Assembly: GCA_051747585.1 (NCBI GenBank)
Contig: JBNJGH010000040.1
Coordinates: 1 to 29,168, forward strand
DNA length: 29,168 nucleotides
Reading direction: 5' to 3'
DNA from: Candidatus Rifleibacteriota bacterium
GTDB lineage: Bacteria > Muiribacteriota > Ozemobacteria > Ozemobacterales > Ozemobacteraceae
In this document: in pieces, positions 1-7,805 of the stretch
Layout of the letters: each line of letters starts with the position of its first letter
Position numbering within the stretch: the first letter of the stretch is position 1
The notes under the pieces: model-generated
Databases searched by the model: none
What the model was told of the DNA's origin: nothing
Seen by the model: only the letters and a program-made list of their open reading frames with translations
Position numbers and translations under genes: made by a program

Positions 1-114
1 TCTTCCTCCATTGTTCAATTAGGATACATGGATAAAAGAAAAAAGTACAAGGACTGGCATTTTCAGATCAACAACGGAAAAAGTGTACGTTTGCCCTGGT
101 TGGAAATTCAGTAA
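1..114 (+). CDS. 3' end of a gene running in from the left edge (…SSSIVQLGYMDKRKKYKDWHFQINNGKSVRLPWLEIQ*), product unknown
   Basis: Frame +1 is open from base 1 to TAA at 112-114. The last codons CAG TAA are the first bases of the repeat element starting at 109. Confidence 0.6.
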   Translation, partial: SSSIVQLGYMDKRKKYKDWHFQINNGKSVRLPWLEIQ

Positions 115-194
115 TTATCCATTTGTTTGTAGAAACCGTTTCAAGACATTTAGATTGCTTCGTCGTTCTGCTTCGCAGAACTTCTCGCAATGAC
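109..194. mobile_element. Left end of a MITE-like element plus a REP/RPE-like unit (one-ended copy)
   Basis: 109-162 is identical over 54 bp to 12343-12396. It runs into AGATTGCTTCG…CTCGCAATGAC (152-194) with internal hairpin GTTCTGC-TTC-GCAGAAC. No matching right end found downstream. Confidence 0.75.
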
Positions 195-228
195 TTTGAT
201 TATGAGGGGGGGCGATTGGTGCGGATAA

Positions 229-366
229 GGTCATTTCGACTCCGCTCAATGACCACATTTCGACTCCGCTCAATGACCACATTTCGACGGCCAGGATGCC
301 CTGATCCCGGGGCGCATGAGGATAGAGCGCGACCCGGTGCGCCGCTTCGGCTCCGCTCAGGGATCG
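229..366. repeat. Tandem 24-bp REP-like repeats (CATTTCGACTCCGCTCAATGACCA x2 plus partial) and a variant copy
   Basis: Exact units at 232-255 and 256-279, partial CATTTCGAC at 280-288, variant TTCGGCTCCGCTCAGGGA from 346. GGTCATT…AATGACC (229-254) can pair. Confidence 0.8.
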
Positions 367-455
367 TGGCGCGATTCCGAATGTCGATAACAAAGGCGAT
401 AAGTGAACGACATTTTTTATCCAATTTTTTTAATAATATCTTTTTCTTTTTTGTT

Positions 456-481
456 TAAAAAATTTGGGCCTCTGTCGATAA
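456..481 (+). promoter_or_regulatory. Candidate sigma28/FliA-type promoter
   Basis: TAAA (456-459)-N14-GTCGATAA (474-481) versus consensus TAAA-N15-GCCGATAA, about 30 nt upstream of an RBS-led ATG. Confidence 0.4.
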
Positions 482-510
482 AGCAAATACCGGACAAGGA
501 GGTCTAGATT

Positions 511-663
511 ATGAGAATTTGGACTTTAATCCTTCTTCTTCTGTCGTGCGTGGTCGGCTTCATCTTTAGCTATGGCTTCGCATACACGAAGGTTACAGGA
601 GTGTTGTACACTTCAGCCGGTTCTGTTCAGGCTGAATCTGCCGCATTTGCAGTAGAAAAATAG
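511..663 (+). CDS. Small 50-aa membrane-anchored or secreted protein (MRIWTLILLLLSCVVGFIFSYGFAYTKVTGVLYTSAGSVQAESAAFAVEK), not in ORF track
   Basis: Strong RBS AAGGAGG (496-502) 8 nt before ATG 511, TAG at 661-663, hydrophobic N-terminal helix, GC-rich hairpin directly downstream. Confidence 0.75.
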   Translation: MRIWTLILLLLSCVVGFIFSYGFAYTKVTGVLYTSAGSVQAESAAFAVEK

Positions 664-674
664 CCTGAGATAAC

Positions 675-714
675 GGGCAGGGCGGGGCAATAGCGTTGCT
701 CCGCCCGTCTGCTC
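675..714 (+). terminator. GC-rich hairpin after the small ORF (possible terminator or stabilising stem, no U tract)
   Basis: GGGCGGGGCAA (680-690) pairs with TTGCTCCGCCC (696-706), with a possible outer GGGCAG/CTGCTC extension. Confidence 0.45.
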
Positions 715-730
715 TCTAAATAAAACTTTC

Positions 731-759
731 TTGACGCCCCCCATGGGGCTTGCTATAAT
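731..759 (+). promoter_or_regulatory. sigma70 promoter of metK
   Basis: TTGACG (731-736)-17 bp-TATAAT (754-759) with extended TGn. RBS GGAGG precedes ATG 794. Confidence 0.8.
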
Positions 760-793
760 CCATTCACTTAACCATTAACGGTATGGAGGATTC

Positions 794-1975
794 ATGAATA
801 CCCATTATTTCTTTACCTCTGAATCAGTTACTGAAGGGCATCCTGATAAGGTTGCCGATCAGATTTCTGATGCAGTTCTTGATGCAATTCTCGAAAATGA
901 TCCTAAAGGCAGGGTGGCCTGCGAAACAGCTGTAACTACAGGTATGGCTATTATTATGGGTGAAATTTCGACCAAATGTTATGTTGACGTGCAGTCTATT
1001 GCCAGAAAAGTATTATCCGAAATTGGTTATACCAATGCCGATTTTGGAATTGATGGTAAAAGCTGCGGAGTGCTGGTAGCACTCGATGAGCAGTCTCCTG
1101 ATATAGCGCAGGGGGTTAATCGAGCTACAGACGCTGATGACAGCGATGAAGATTTCAACGTCGGCGCCGGAGACCAGGGAATGATGGTAGGCTATGCCTG
1201 TACTGAAACACCCGATCTCATGCCTGCTCCTTCATATTATGCACACGCTGTTTGCCGAAAACTGGCAGAAGTGCGCAAATCAGGCGAAGTTAAATATCTG
1301 CGCCCGGATGGCAAAGCCCAGGTTACAGTTGAATATAAAGACTGCAAAGTCGCCAGAGTTGATGCTGTGGTTCTTTCAACTCAGCACGATCCTGATGTAA
1401 CCCATGCTCAGATAACCGAAGACATGATCGAAAAAGTCATTAAAAAAGTTATTCCTGCCGAGCTGGTCGATGCTGACACCAAATTTTATGTTAACCCGAC
1501 CGGCCGCTTTGTAGTAGGTGGCCCCCAGGGCGATGCCGGCCTGACCGGTAGAAAAATTATTGTCGATACCTATGGTGGAATGGCTGCTCATGGTGGCGGT
1601 GCTTTCTCCGGAAAAGATCCAACAAAGGTTGATAGATCTGCCGCTTATATGGGCCGATATATTGCCAAAAACATAGTAGCCGCAGGACTTGCAGAAAAAG
1701 TCGAAATTCAGATTGCTTATGCAATCGGTGTTGCCCGACCAATGTCTGTTCATGTGAATACCTTTGCCACCGGCAAAATCGCCCCCGAAAAAATCGAAGA
1801 AGTAATTAAAAACGTATTCGACCTAAGGCCGGGCGCAATAATCAAAAACCTTGGACTGCGCAGACCTATCTATAGACAGACTGCAGCTTATGGCCATTTT
1901 GGCAGATCAGACCTGGATCTTCCATGGGAAAAGCTCGATAAAGTCGATACAATTAAAAAAGAAGCAGGAATCTGA
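794..1975 (+). CDS. metK: S-adenosylmethionine synthetase
   Basis: Motifs [60 protein letters not shown]. 393 aa. Confidence 0.99.
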   Translation: MNTHYFFTSESVTEGHPDKVADQISDAVLDAILENDPKGRVACETAVTTGMAIIMGEISTKCYVDVQSIARKVLSEIGYTNADFGIDGKSCGVLVALDEQSPDIAQGVNRATDADDSDEDFNVGAGDQGMMVGYACTETPDLMPAPSYYAHAVCRKLAEVRKSGEVKYLRPDGKAQVTVEYKDCKVARVDAVVLSTQHDPDVTHAQITEDMIEKVIKKVIPAELVDADTKFYVNPTGRFVVGGPQGDAGLTGRKIIVDTYGGMAAHGGGAFSGKDPTKVDRSAAYMGRYIAKNIVAAGLAEKVEIQIAYAIGVARPMSVHVNTFATGKIAPEKIEEVIKNVFDLRPGAIIKNLGLRRPIYRQTAAYGHFGRSDLDLPWEKLDKVDTIKKEAGI

Positions 1976-1988
1976 TTTTTAGATTTGC

Positions 1989-2031
1989 AAAAAACCATCT
2001 CTCTGATTATTTTTCAGAGAGATGGTTTTTT
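1989..2031 (+). terminator. Intrinsic terminator of metK
   Basis: AAAAAACCATCTCTCTGA / TCAGAGAGATGGTTTTTT inverted repeat with T run. Confidence 0.85.
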
Positions 2032-2045
2032 ATTATGCAGATTTA

Positions 2046-2861
2046 ATGGAAAGATTTTTTATTGTGAGTTTTAAAACTTTTTTTGTGCTTATATTTGCTT
2101 TTGTACTGTTTTCAGGTTTTTCAGCTCCTTTGCATGCTGAAGATTGCCGGTTATTGCCGGTGCTGGTTTATCATCATATAGAACCTGAACCCAGCTCAGA
2201 TGTTTCGTGCTCTCCCGAGCAGTTTGAATTTCAGATCAAATCAATTATAAGCGCAGGCTATACTCCGCTAAACCTCGAGCAGGTAGCAAAATTTCTTGCC
2301 GGAATTCTGGATGATAAAATCGAAAAGCCGGTTGTTATTACCTTCGACGATGGCTACGAAAGCCTTTATGAATACGCACTACCGGTAGCAGAAGAGTGTA
2401 AAACGACAATGATCGCCTTTCTTATAACTTCGCGCCTGGGTAAAAAACTGCAATTTGCCCACTACCTTAGCGAAAAACAGATTCGGGAAATGGCAGGTTC
2501 GGGATGGTGGGAGTTTGGATCCCATACCCACGATCTTCATACTGATTTAATGAGAATTATAAATGCATTTGGCAGCGTTAAGCAAAATCCGGTGATTCGC
2601 TTACTAAAAAGAGATCTCGATGTTTCGGTAACAAAATTGAAACAACTTACCGGGAAAAAGCCAGTCGCTATTGCCTGGCCTTACGGCAAATTCAATTCTG
2701 ATACTACGGCAGTTGCCAGAATGGCTGGTTTAAAGCTCCATTTTACCAGTTGCTACGGATATAACGAACCGGGAGCGAATCCTTTCGCTATTAAGCGCAT
2801 TCCGGTATCTTCAAGAGATACAGCGGTTTCTGTTTTGAAAAAGCTGAACAGATTTGAATAA
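2046..2861 (+). CDS. Exported polysaccharide deacetylase (CE4/NodB, IcaB/PgaB-like)
   Basis: PVLVYHH, ITFDDGY, FGSHTHDLH, AWPYG, KRIPV motifs and an N-terminal signal/TM segment. The track start (2022) lies inside the terminator, so ATG 2046 or GTG 2064 is preferred. Confidence 0.92.
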   Translation: MERFFIVSFKTFFVLIFAFVLFSGFSAPLHAEDCRLLPVLVYHHIEPEPSSDVSCSPEQFEFQIKSIISAGYTPLNLEQVAKFLAGILDDKIEKPVVITFDDGYESLYEYALPVAEECKTTMIAFLITSRLGKKLQFAHYLSEKQIREMAGSGWWEFGSHTHDLHTDLMRIINAFGSVKQNPVIRLLKRDLDVSVTKLKQLTGKKPVAIAWPYGKFNSDTTAVARMAGLKLHFTSCYGYNEPGANPFAIKRIPVSSRDTAVSVLKKLNRFE

Positions 2862-2908
2862 AAAAAACTATCTCTTGCTCAAATAAAATTAAGTAGAGAT
2901 AGTTTTTT
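2862..2908. terminator. Bidirectional intrinsic terminator between convergent genes
   Basis: AAAAAACTATCTCT / AGAGATAGTTTTTT inverted repeat. Confidence 0.75.
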
Positions 2909-2934
2909 CAGGGAAAACCTTTTATCGAAAAGTT

Positions 2935-3630
2935 TTATTCCTTGTTATCTTTTTCTTTTTTATCTTCAGTTTCAGAGGTTTCTTCGACGCTTTCTTCCTC
3001 GTTCTGTTCTTCTAATTCTTCGTCTTCTTCTTCCTCGTTTTTATTTGCTCTGCGCTCTTTTTCAAGAGTGAAAGTTGCCAGAGATTCTTCCATCACGCTG
3101 ATTGCTTCAAGCGCTGCATCAATCTTTTCCGGCTTGGTATTGCCGGCTTTTACTGCTGTAAGCTCCTGATGGACCTGCCCTAGATTTTCGCGCAGGTTGA
3201 TTACCTTGTTGCGCAATCCCATGGTCATGTCGTTCATTGCGTCGGCAAGATCTTTTAATTCATCTTTAGGACGCAATTTGGTGAAATGAGTCAGGTCGCC
3301 TTCGCCTATGTTGCGAACGACCCGCTCCATTCGATACACTGGCCCGGCAATGGTATGGGTCACAAAGATACATATAAAGGCGACAACAAATATGCTGATC
3401 AACTCAGCAATGATGACACCGGGCAAGAGGGCTTGTCCTAACTGTTTGCTGTCGATGGGAAGTTTTGATTCTTCGACAAGTTTGTTTTCGAGTTTTTCAA
3501 CCGAAAAACCATAAACAAGTGCGCCAACAATATTAGCGACTATGATTACTATTAATATGAAAATCGCAGTCAACCTGCTTTGAAAGCCGGGTTTAATAAA
3601 ATACTTTTTCCGGCGTCTAATTTGAGACAT
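2935..3630 (-). CDS. Two-TM HAMP-domain protein with short coiled coil and acidic tail (no MCP or kinase output domain)
   Basis: Two hydrophobic helices, then THTIAGPVYRMERVVRNIGEGDLT…LRPKDELKDLADAMNDM (HAMP), Glu-rich C-terminus. RBS (AGGGAGGG) upstream. Confidence 0.85.
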   Translation of the reverse strand: MSQIRRRKKYFIKPGFQSRLTAIFILIVIIVANIVGALVYGFSVEKLENKLVEESKLPIDSKQLGQALLPGVIIAELISIFVVAFICIFVTHTIAGPVYRMERVVRNIGEGDLTHFTKLRPKDELKDLADAMNDMTMGLRNKVINLRENLGQVHQELTAVKAGNTKPEKIDAALEAISVMEESLATFTLEKERRANKNEEEEDEELEEQNEEESVEETSETEDKKEKDNKE

Positions 3631-3665
3631 GCGTCACCCTCCCTGAAAAACTTAATTTTAGATTA

Positions 3666-4085
3666 TCACAGCTCATCTTCTGTTTCAACGGAATCCGAAA
3701 TATTGATGTTTAAATCCTGATTATTTTCAATATTTGATGTTTCAGAATATAGATCAATTTCTGCCATTAAATCAAGATAAGTTGAAGATGCCAAATCATT
3801 GTTAAAGTTTGTTTCCTCTTCTGCATCACGCCATGAGACTTCCATTGCCTCAGTATTTTCCGGCAGAGCAGAATCGAGATATTGAATAAAGTCAGCTTTT
3901 ATTTCCGGCTCGCTTTTAACATCTCTGCGTTCATCAAGAGGTTCTTTTATTCCTCGTGGGGTGCCAACCAGCAAATCGATTGCCATATTATCTAACACCG
4001 GTCTCTTTTCAGCAGCAGGCAATAAAGCAGGAAATAAGCAGAGAACTAGTATTGTTAGTTGTAGGTTTCTGTTAAAAAGAAGCAT
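3666..4085 (-). CDS. Hypothetical exported acidic protein
   Basis: 139-aa ORF with signal-peptide-like N-terminus, co-oriented with and 35 nt upstream of the HAMP gene. Confidence 0.65.
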   Translation of the reverse strand: MLLFNRNLQLTILVLCLFPALLPAAEKRPVLDNMAIDLLVGTPRGIKEPLDERRDVKSEPEIKADFIQYLDSALPENTEAMEVSWRDAEEETNFNNDLASSTYLDLMAEIDLYSETSNIENNQDLNINISDSVETEDEL

Positions 4086-4117
4086 ATTTTTACCTGTTAG
4101 TATTGTTTCATTAATAT

Positions 4118-4125
4118 TTATCGGC
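4118..4125 (-). promoter_or_regulatory. GCCGATAA sigma28-type -10 element
   Basis: Perfect GCCGATAA on the minus strand 32 nt before ATG 4085. The nearest TAAA is only 12 nt away, which is non-canonical spacing. Confidence 0.3.
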
Positions 4126-4211
4126 AGGTTTTTCCTTTTTAAAAAATTGAATTATGCAGGAAATTTAATTTATTTTCTGAAAGAAATAGCGATTTGAGGT
4201 ATAAATGGATT

Positions 4212-4889
4212 ATGGAAAAATATGATTTTAAATATAGCTTACAACCCGGAAAATCAATGTCTTATCAAATTCTTATAAAAGGAGGGGTAGAGGTTGCTTC
4301 TCCGGTGGGTAGTTACAATAACCCAATCGAGATGGAAATGGATATATCCCAGAAAATTCTTTCGCTGGAAAATGAGGAAGCTTTGATTTCAGTTGTAATT
4401 GACAGGGTGCATTCAAATCAACCAATCGATGAGAGTCAGTTGCCCAACCCGGGACAAGAATCAATTATGACAATGGATGAAAGGGGCAAAGTGCGTTGGG
4501 TAGAGGGAAAGTCAGCCTGGCAGGGGTCTGAGCACTCAATGATGAAATTCCCGTCTTACCCGCTAGAAATTGAAGAAAGCTGGGTTCAACGGGTAGAAGA
4601 TTCAAGCGGTAGCCCATCGCCTTTTTTTACCAGATATGTATTTAAAGGTCTGAACAAAAAAAATCGTCGTCTTGCTGAATTTAATACCGAATTATTTTGT
4701 GGTGACCCTGATGAGCCTTCGAGCCATAAATCAGGCAATGGCTTCTTTTATTTCGATCTTGACGAAAAATGGATCGATTCTTGTGACAACAGTGTTGAAT
4801 ACACTTTTTCCATGCCTTTCCCACAGGATCCATCTCAGTTAATTTCATCCAAAACCAGATTGCTTATCGAGATGAATAGAAAAAGTTAA
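4212..4889 (+). CDS. Hypothetical beta-rich protein, first gene of the export operon
   Basis: ATG 4212 after GAGGT, stop overlaps the TolC start (TAATG), no signal peptide seen. The track gives an alternative TTG start at 4194. Confidence 0.8.
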   Translation: MEKYDFKYSLQPGKSMSYQILIKGGVEVASPVGSYNNPIEMEMDISQKILSLENEEALISVVIDRVHSNQPIDESQLPNPGQESIMTMDERGKVRWVEGKSAWQGSEHSMMKFPSYPLEIEESWVQRVEDSSGSPSPFFTRYVFKGLNKKNRRLAEFNTELFCGDPDEPSSHKSGNGFFYFDLDEKWIDSCDNSVEYTFSMPFPQDPSQLISSKTRLLIEMNRKS

Positions 4890-6424
4890 TGAAGATTCAA
4901 AAAGATATTATTTTTGTTTTTTTCTTGTTGTTCTTGTTTCTTGGAAAATTAGGGGCGCAGGAAACAGCCTCGCAAAGTAAAGTCTTTTTAAAGCCTTTAA
5001 TTACTTTTGCCAGGCTGGTGGTTGCCGGAAACAGAGATTTGTTCTCTGCTGCTCAGGATGCTGAAACAAACATGCTTGCCAAGCATAAAGCTCTGGCAGC
5101 TTTTTCCCCTCAATTTAGCTATTCGTTAGAGCGCAGTAAAGCTTCTAAGACTGATTTCAACTCAATTACCGGAGTAGAAGAAGATTACTCGAGCGAGTCT
5201 GAAGGTTATTATTCCAGTATTTCGCAGCGAACGCCCCTGGGTCGGCTCAGCTATGAGTATGCAAACAGCGAGTCCGAATATACAGGTTCAAAAACCAGTT
5301 ATTTCAATTCTTTGTATCTTAACTGGCAAACCGGTTTATTTAGAAACGACTGGCAGTTAAATTCTCTTGAACGCCGTATGGCTCACGCCAATTATGATAT
5401 AGGGCTTGCGCAAGCTGATTCAATCTTGCTTGATATTTTGCAGAGAGCGATGAAAAGCCTGTTTGACCGTATGCTTGTCGTTCGCAATGAAACACTGAAA
5501 AAAGATAATTTAAGTTTTTATGAAACCATGGTCGAAGAAGCCCAGGTTAAGCTTAAAAATGGTATGGGCAGCGAGCTGGATCTTAAACAGGCAAGTATGA
5601 GATATCGCCAGTCAGAAACTGACCACGAAGAAACTATTTTGTCTTTGAAAGACCAGGATCGACGAATTGGCCTGCTGCTTGGAAATCTTAGCTGGAATCG
5701 CCAGATTGCCGGGGTTGATCTTGAAGAATTATTAAACTCTATTCCGGATGAGCTTGATGAAAAAGGTTTTTTGCAGAAGGCTTACAAACATCGGCCTGAT
5801 TATCGTTTGATTGAAAATCAGTATAAGCTTAGAAAGTCTGCCTTTAAAAGAGCCAGAATTTCGAGTCGCCCTGATATAAGTGCCAGGTTACGCTGGGGCA
5901 AGCAGGGCCGTAGTTTCGATAAAGACCTGGCGGCTGATATGAAAGATAAGAGTTGGAGTGTTTCTGTTACATATTCAACCAGCCTGGGCCCGGAAGAAGA
6001 TAAAATTGATTTCACCATTGAAAAAGCCCGACTAAAAGGTTTTGCTGCAAAGTTTGAGCAGAAAAAAGATGATGTTAAAGTAGCAATAAATCAGGCTATA
6101 GACCGTTTCAAATTCTATCGCAAAAATCTTGCATCTTTGAAGGCCTCGCAAAAATTGGCTAAAGAGGTGCTCGACGGACAGCGATTGAATTTCCAGCTTG
6201 GAAAGATTTCTCTGCTGGATTTAACCAGATACCAGCAAGACTTTAACAGCGCCAGTCTTGCCGTCGTACAGGGAGAAAGCCGGCTAATGATGAGCTGGCT
6301 GGATTTGCTATACGAAAGTGGTGTTTTGGCTGATTATTTACAGGTCAATAATCTTGAACAGCTTAGTGCGATGACCGTATCAGAATATGAGATTGAACCC
6401 TTAACCAGTGATGACGAAAAATAA
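4889..6424 (+). CDS. TolC-family outer-membrane efflux protein
   Basis: Signal peptide and two OEP repeats (KLKNGMGSELDLKQA; NFQLGKISLLDLTRYQ; AYKHRPDY). Confidence 0.92.
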   Translation: MKIQKDIIFVFFLLFLFLGKLGAQETASQSKVFLKPLITFARLVVAGNRDLFSAAQDAETNMLAKHKALAAFSPQFSYSLERSKASKTDFNSITGVEEDYSSESEGYYSSISQRTPLGRLSYEYANSESEYTGSKTSYFNSLYLNWQTGLFRNDWQLNSLERRMAHANYDIGLAQADSILLDILQRAMKSLFDRMLVVRNETLKKDNLSFYETMVEEAQVKLKNGMGSELDLKQASMRYRQSETDHEETILSLKDQDRRIGLLLGNLSWNRQIAGVDLEELLNSIPDELDEKGFLQKAYKHRPDYRLIENQYKLRKSAFKRARISSRPDISARLRWGKQGRSFDKDLAADMKDKSWSVSVTYSTSLGPEEDKIDFTIEKARLKGFAAKFEQKKDDVKVAINQAIDRFKFYRKNLASLKASQKLAKEVLDGQRLNFQLGKISLLDLTRYQQDFNSASLAVVQGESRLMMSWLDLLYESGVLADYLQVNNLEQLSAMTVSEYEIEPLTSDDEK

Positions 6425-7805
6425 AACAAGACTTTTTGCTTTTCTGCTTATTCTGCTTGCCACTTTGTCCGGGTGTAGCGAAAAAGTCGATAAAAGCTCG
6501 CCGACATATAAGTTTAAAAGGCAGACAAGAGCTCGAGAATTGCGTTTTCGTGCAACTCTCAAGTCGGGTAATGTTGCTAATATTTCCATCAGTCGTGGTT
6601 GGGGCGAAATAGAATGGATGGCAGATGAAGGCTCTGTAGTCGCTTCCGGAGACCTGGTTCTTAAAATCAACATGGAGCGTCTGGAAAGAAGGGCTCAGCG
6701 TTACAATAAAAATATTGAAAATCAGCTGGCCCTTTTTGAAAGGGAAAAAAAGGTCAATCCCGCAGAAATTGCGCAATTGAAAAAAAATCTCAAAAGCAAA
6801 AAGCTTGAACTGGAAAAAGCAATCAATGAGCAGAAATGGCTTAAAAATAAAAAAACTCCTGATCAAATCTGGCGTTTAGAAGCCGAACTAAAGATTGCCA
6901 AACTAAAAAAAGAACTTGCAGATAAGCTGTATGAGCTCCAGAAAAAAGTGACTGACAAAGGCTTTGACAGCCCCTTTTCTTTAAGAAGCAGCGAAATCGA
7001 CAAGATTTCGCGAGAAATAGAATATGACTATGCTCGCCGTATGATCAGACAGCTCGAATTGCCACCTCTACCTGAAGAACTTGCGCAGGTAAGGTTCCAG
7101 AAAGAGGTTGCCTCGGGTGAAATCTGGCTTGAACAGAATCGTTTGCTCTCTGCATCTATTTCTGCAAGGATTCGCGAAAATAATCTCGAGGTGGGCCTTG
7201 AAAGATACAAATCTCGTTCCCGGTCTATGACCAACGCTCTGGAAGATGCTGTTCAATACGCATCTAAAGACGGAATAATAGTTCATCCCGTTGTCTGGGG
7301 CGATCAGAAGTTAAAGCCCGGGCAGAGAGTCTGGGCAGGGATCAACATTTTGCAGGTTATTACCAGCGGCGACTATTATCTTGAGGCGCTTGTTCCCGAG
7401 ACTAATGCCCGGTCATTGTCTAAAAATGCTTCAGCTACCATTGTTCTTGATTCCATGCCGGAAAAGAAGTTCAGCGGCAGGATTAAAACAATAGGTAAAT
7501 CGCCTAAGCCGGTTAGAATAGAAGGCGTAGAGGCCGATGCCTTCAAATTTTTGCCTGTCGAAGTTTCGGTGATTGCCTCTGGAACTTTGTTGTTTGGTTC
7601 CAGGGCAGATGTCATTGTTCACCTTGAAAATAGAGAAGGAGTTTTTATTCCGCGTGATCTATTGATTAGAAAAGAGCGAAAAAATTATGTTTTGCTTGAA
7701 ACTGCTTTTGCAACAAAACAGACAGAAGTAAAGGTTGAAGATTTTGATTCTGACTGGGTTTTATGGCAAGATGCCCCTGAGCAGGGAGTATTGGCTTACC
7801 CATGA
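6411..7805 (+). CDS. Periplasmic adaptor / membrane fusion protein (HlyD/MacA-like), lipoprotein
   Basis: Lipobox LSG-C, lipoyl halves EGSVVASGDLV and ASKDGIIV around a roughly 190-aa coiled coil, beta-barrel motifs VPET…GRIKTI…IPRDLL. Confidence 0.88.
   Translation: MTKNKTRLFAFLLILLATLSGCSEKVDKSSPTYKFKRQTRARELRFRATLKSGNVANISISRGWGEIEWMADEGSVVASGDLVLKINMERLERRAQRYNKNIENQLALFEREKKVNPAEIAQLKKNLKSKKLELEKAINEQKWLKNKKTPDQIWRLEAELKIAKLKKELADKLYELQKKVTDKGFDSPFSLRSSEIDKISREIEYDYARRMIRQLELPPLPEELAQVRFQKEVASGEIWLEQNRLLSASISARIRENNLEVGLERYKSRSRSMTNALEDAVQYASKDGIIVHPVVWGDQKLKPGQRVWAGINILQVITSGDYYLEALVPETNARSLSKNASATIVLDSMPEKKFSGRIKTIGKSPKPVRIEGVEADAFKFLPVEVSVIASGTLLFGSRADVIVHLENREGVFIPRDLLIRKERKNYVLLETAFATKQTEVKVEDFDSDWVLWQDAPEQGVLAYP

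Noticed and set aside
232..288. Possible mini CRISPR array
   Set aside because: The 24-bp units are directly adjacent with no spacers, and there are no cas genes in the window.
115..458. ORFs 115-393(-), 123-458(+), 200-424(-)
   Set aside because: They are translations of palindromic repeats (SLSGVEM, RLRSMTT, CEAERRSNL) with no convincing RBS.
664..793. SAM riboswitch upstream of metK
   Set aside because: No SAM-I/II/SMK core recognised, and the hairpin lies upstream of the metK promoter so it would not be in that transcript.
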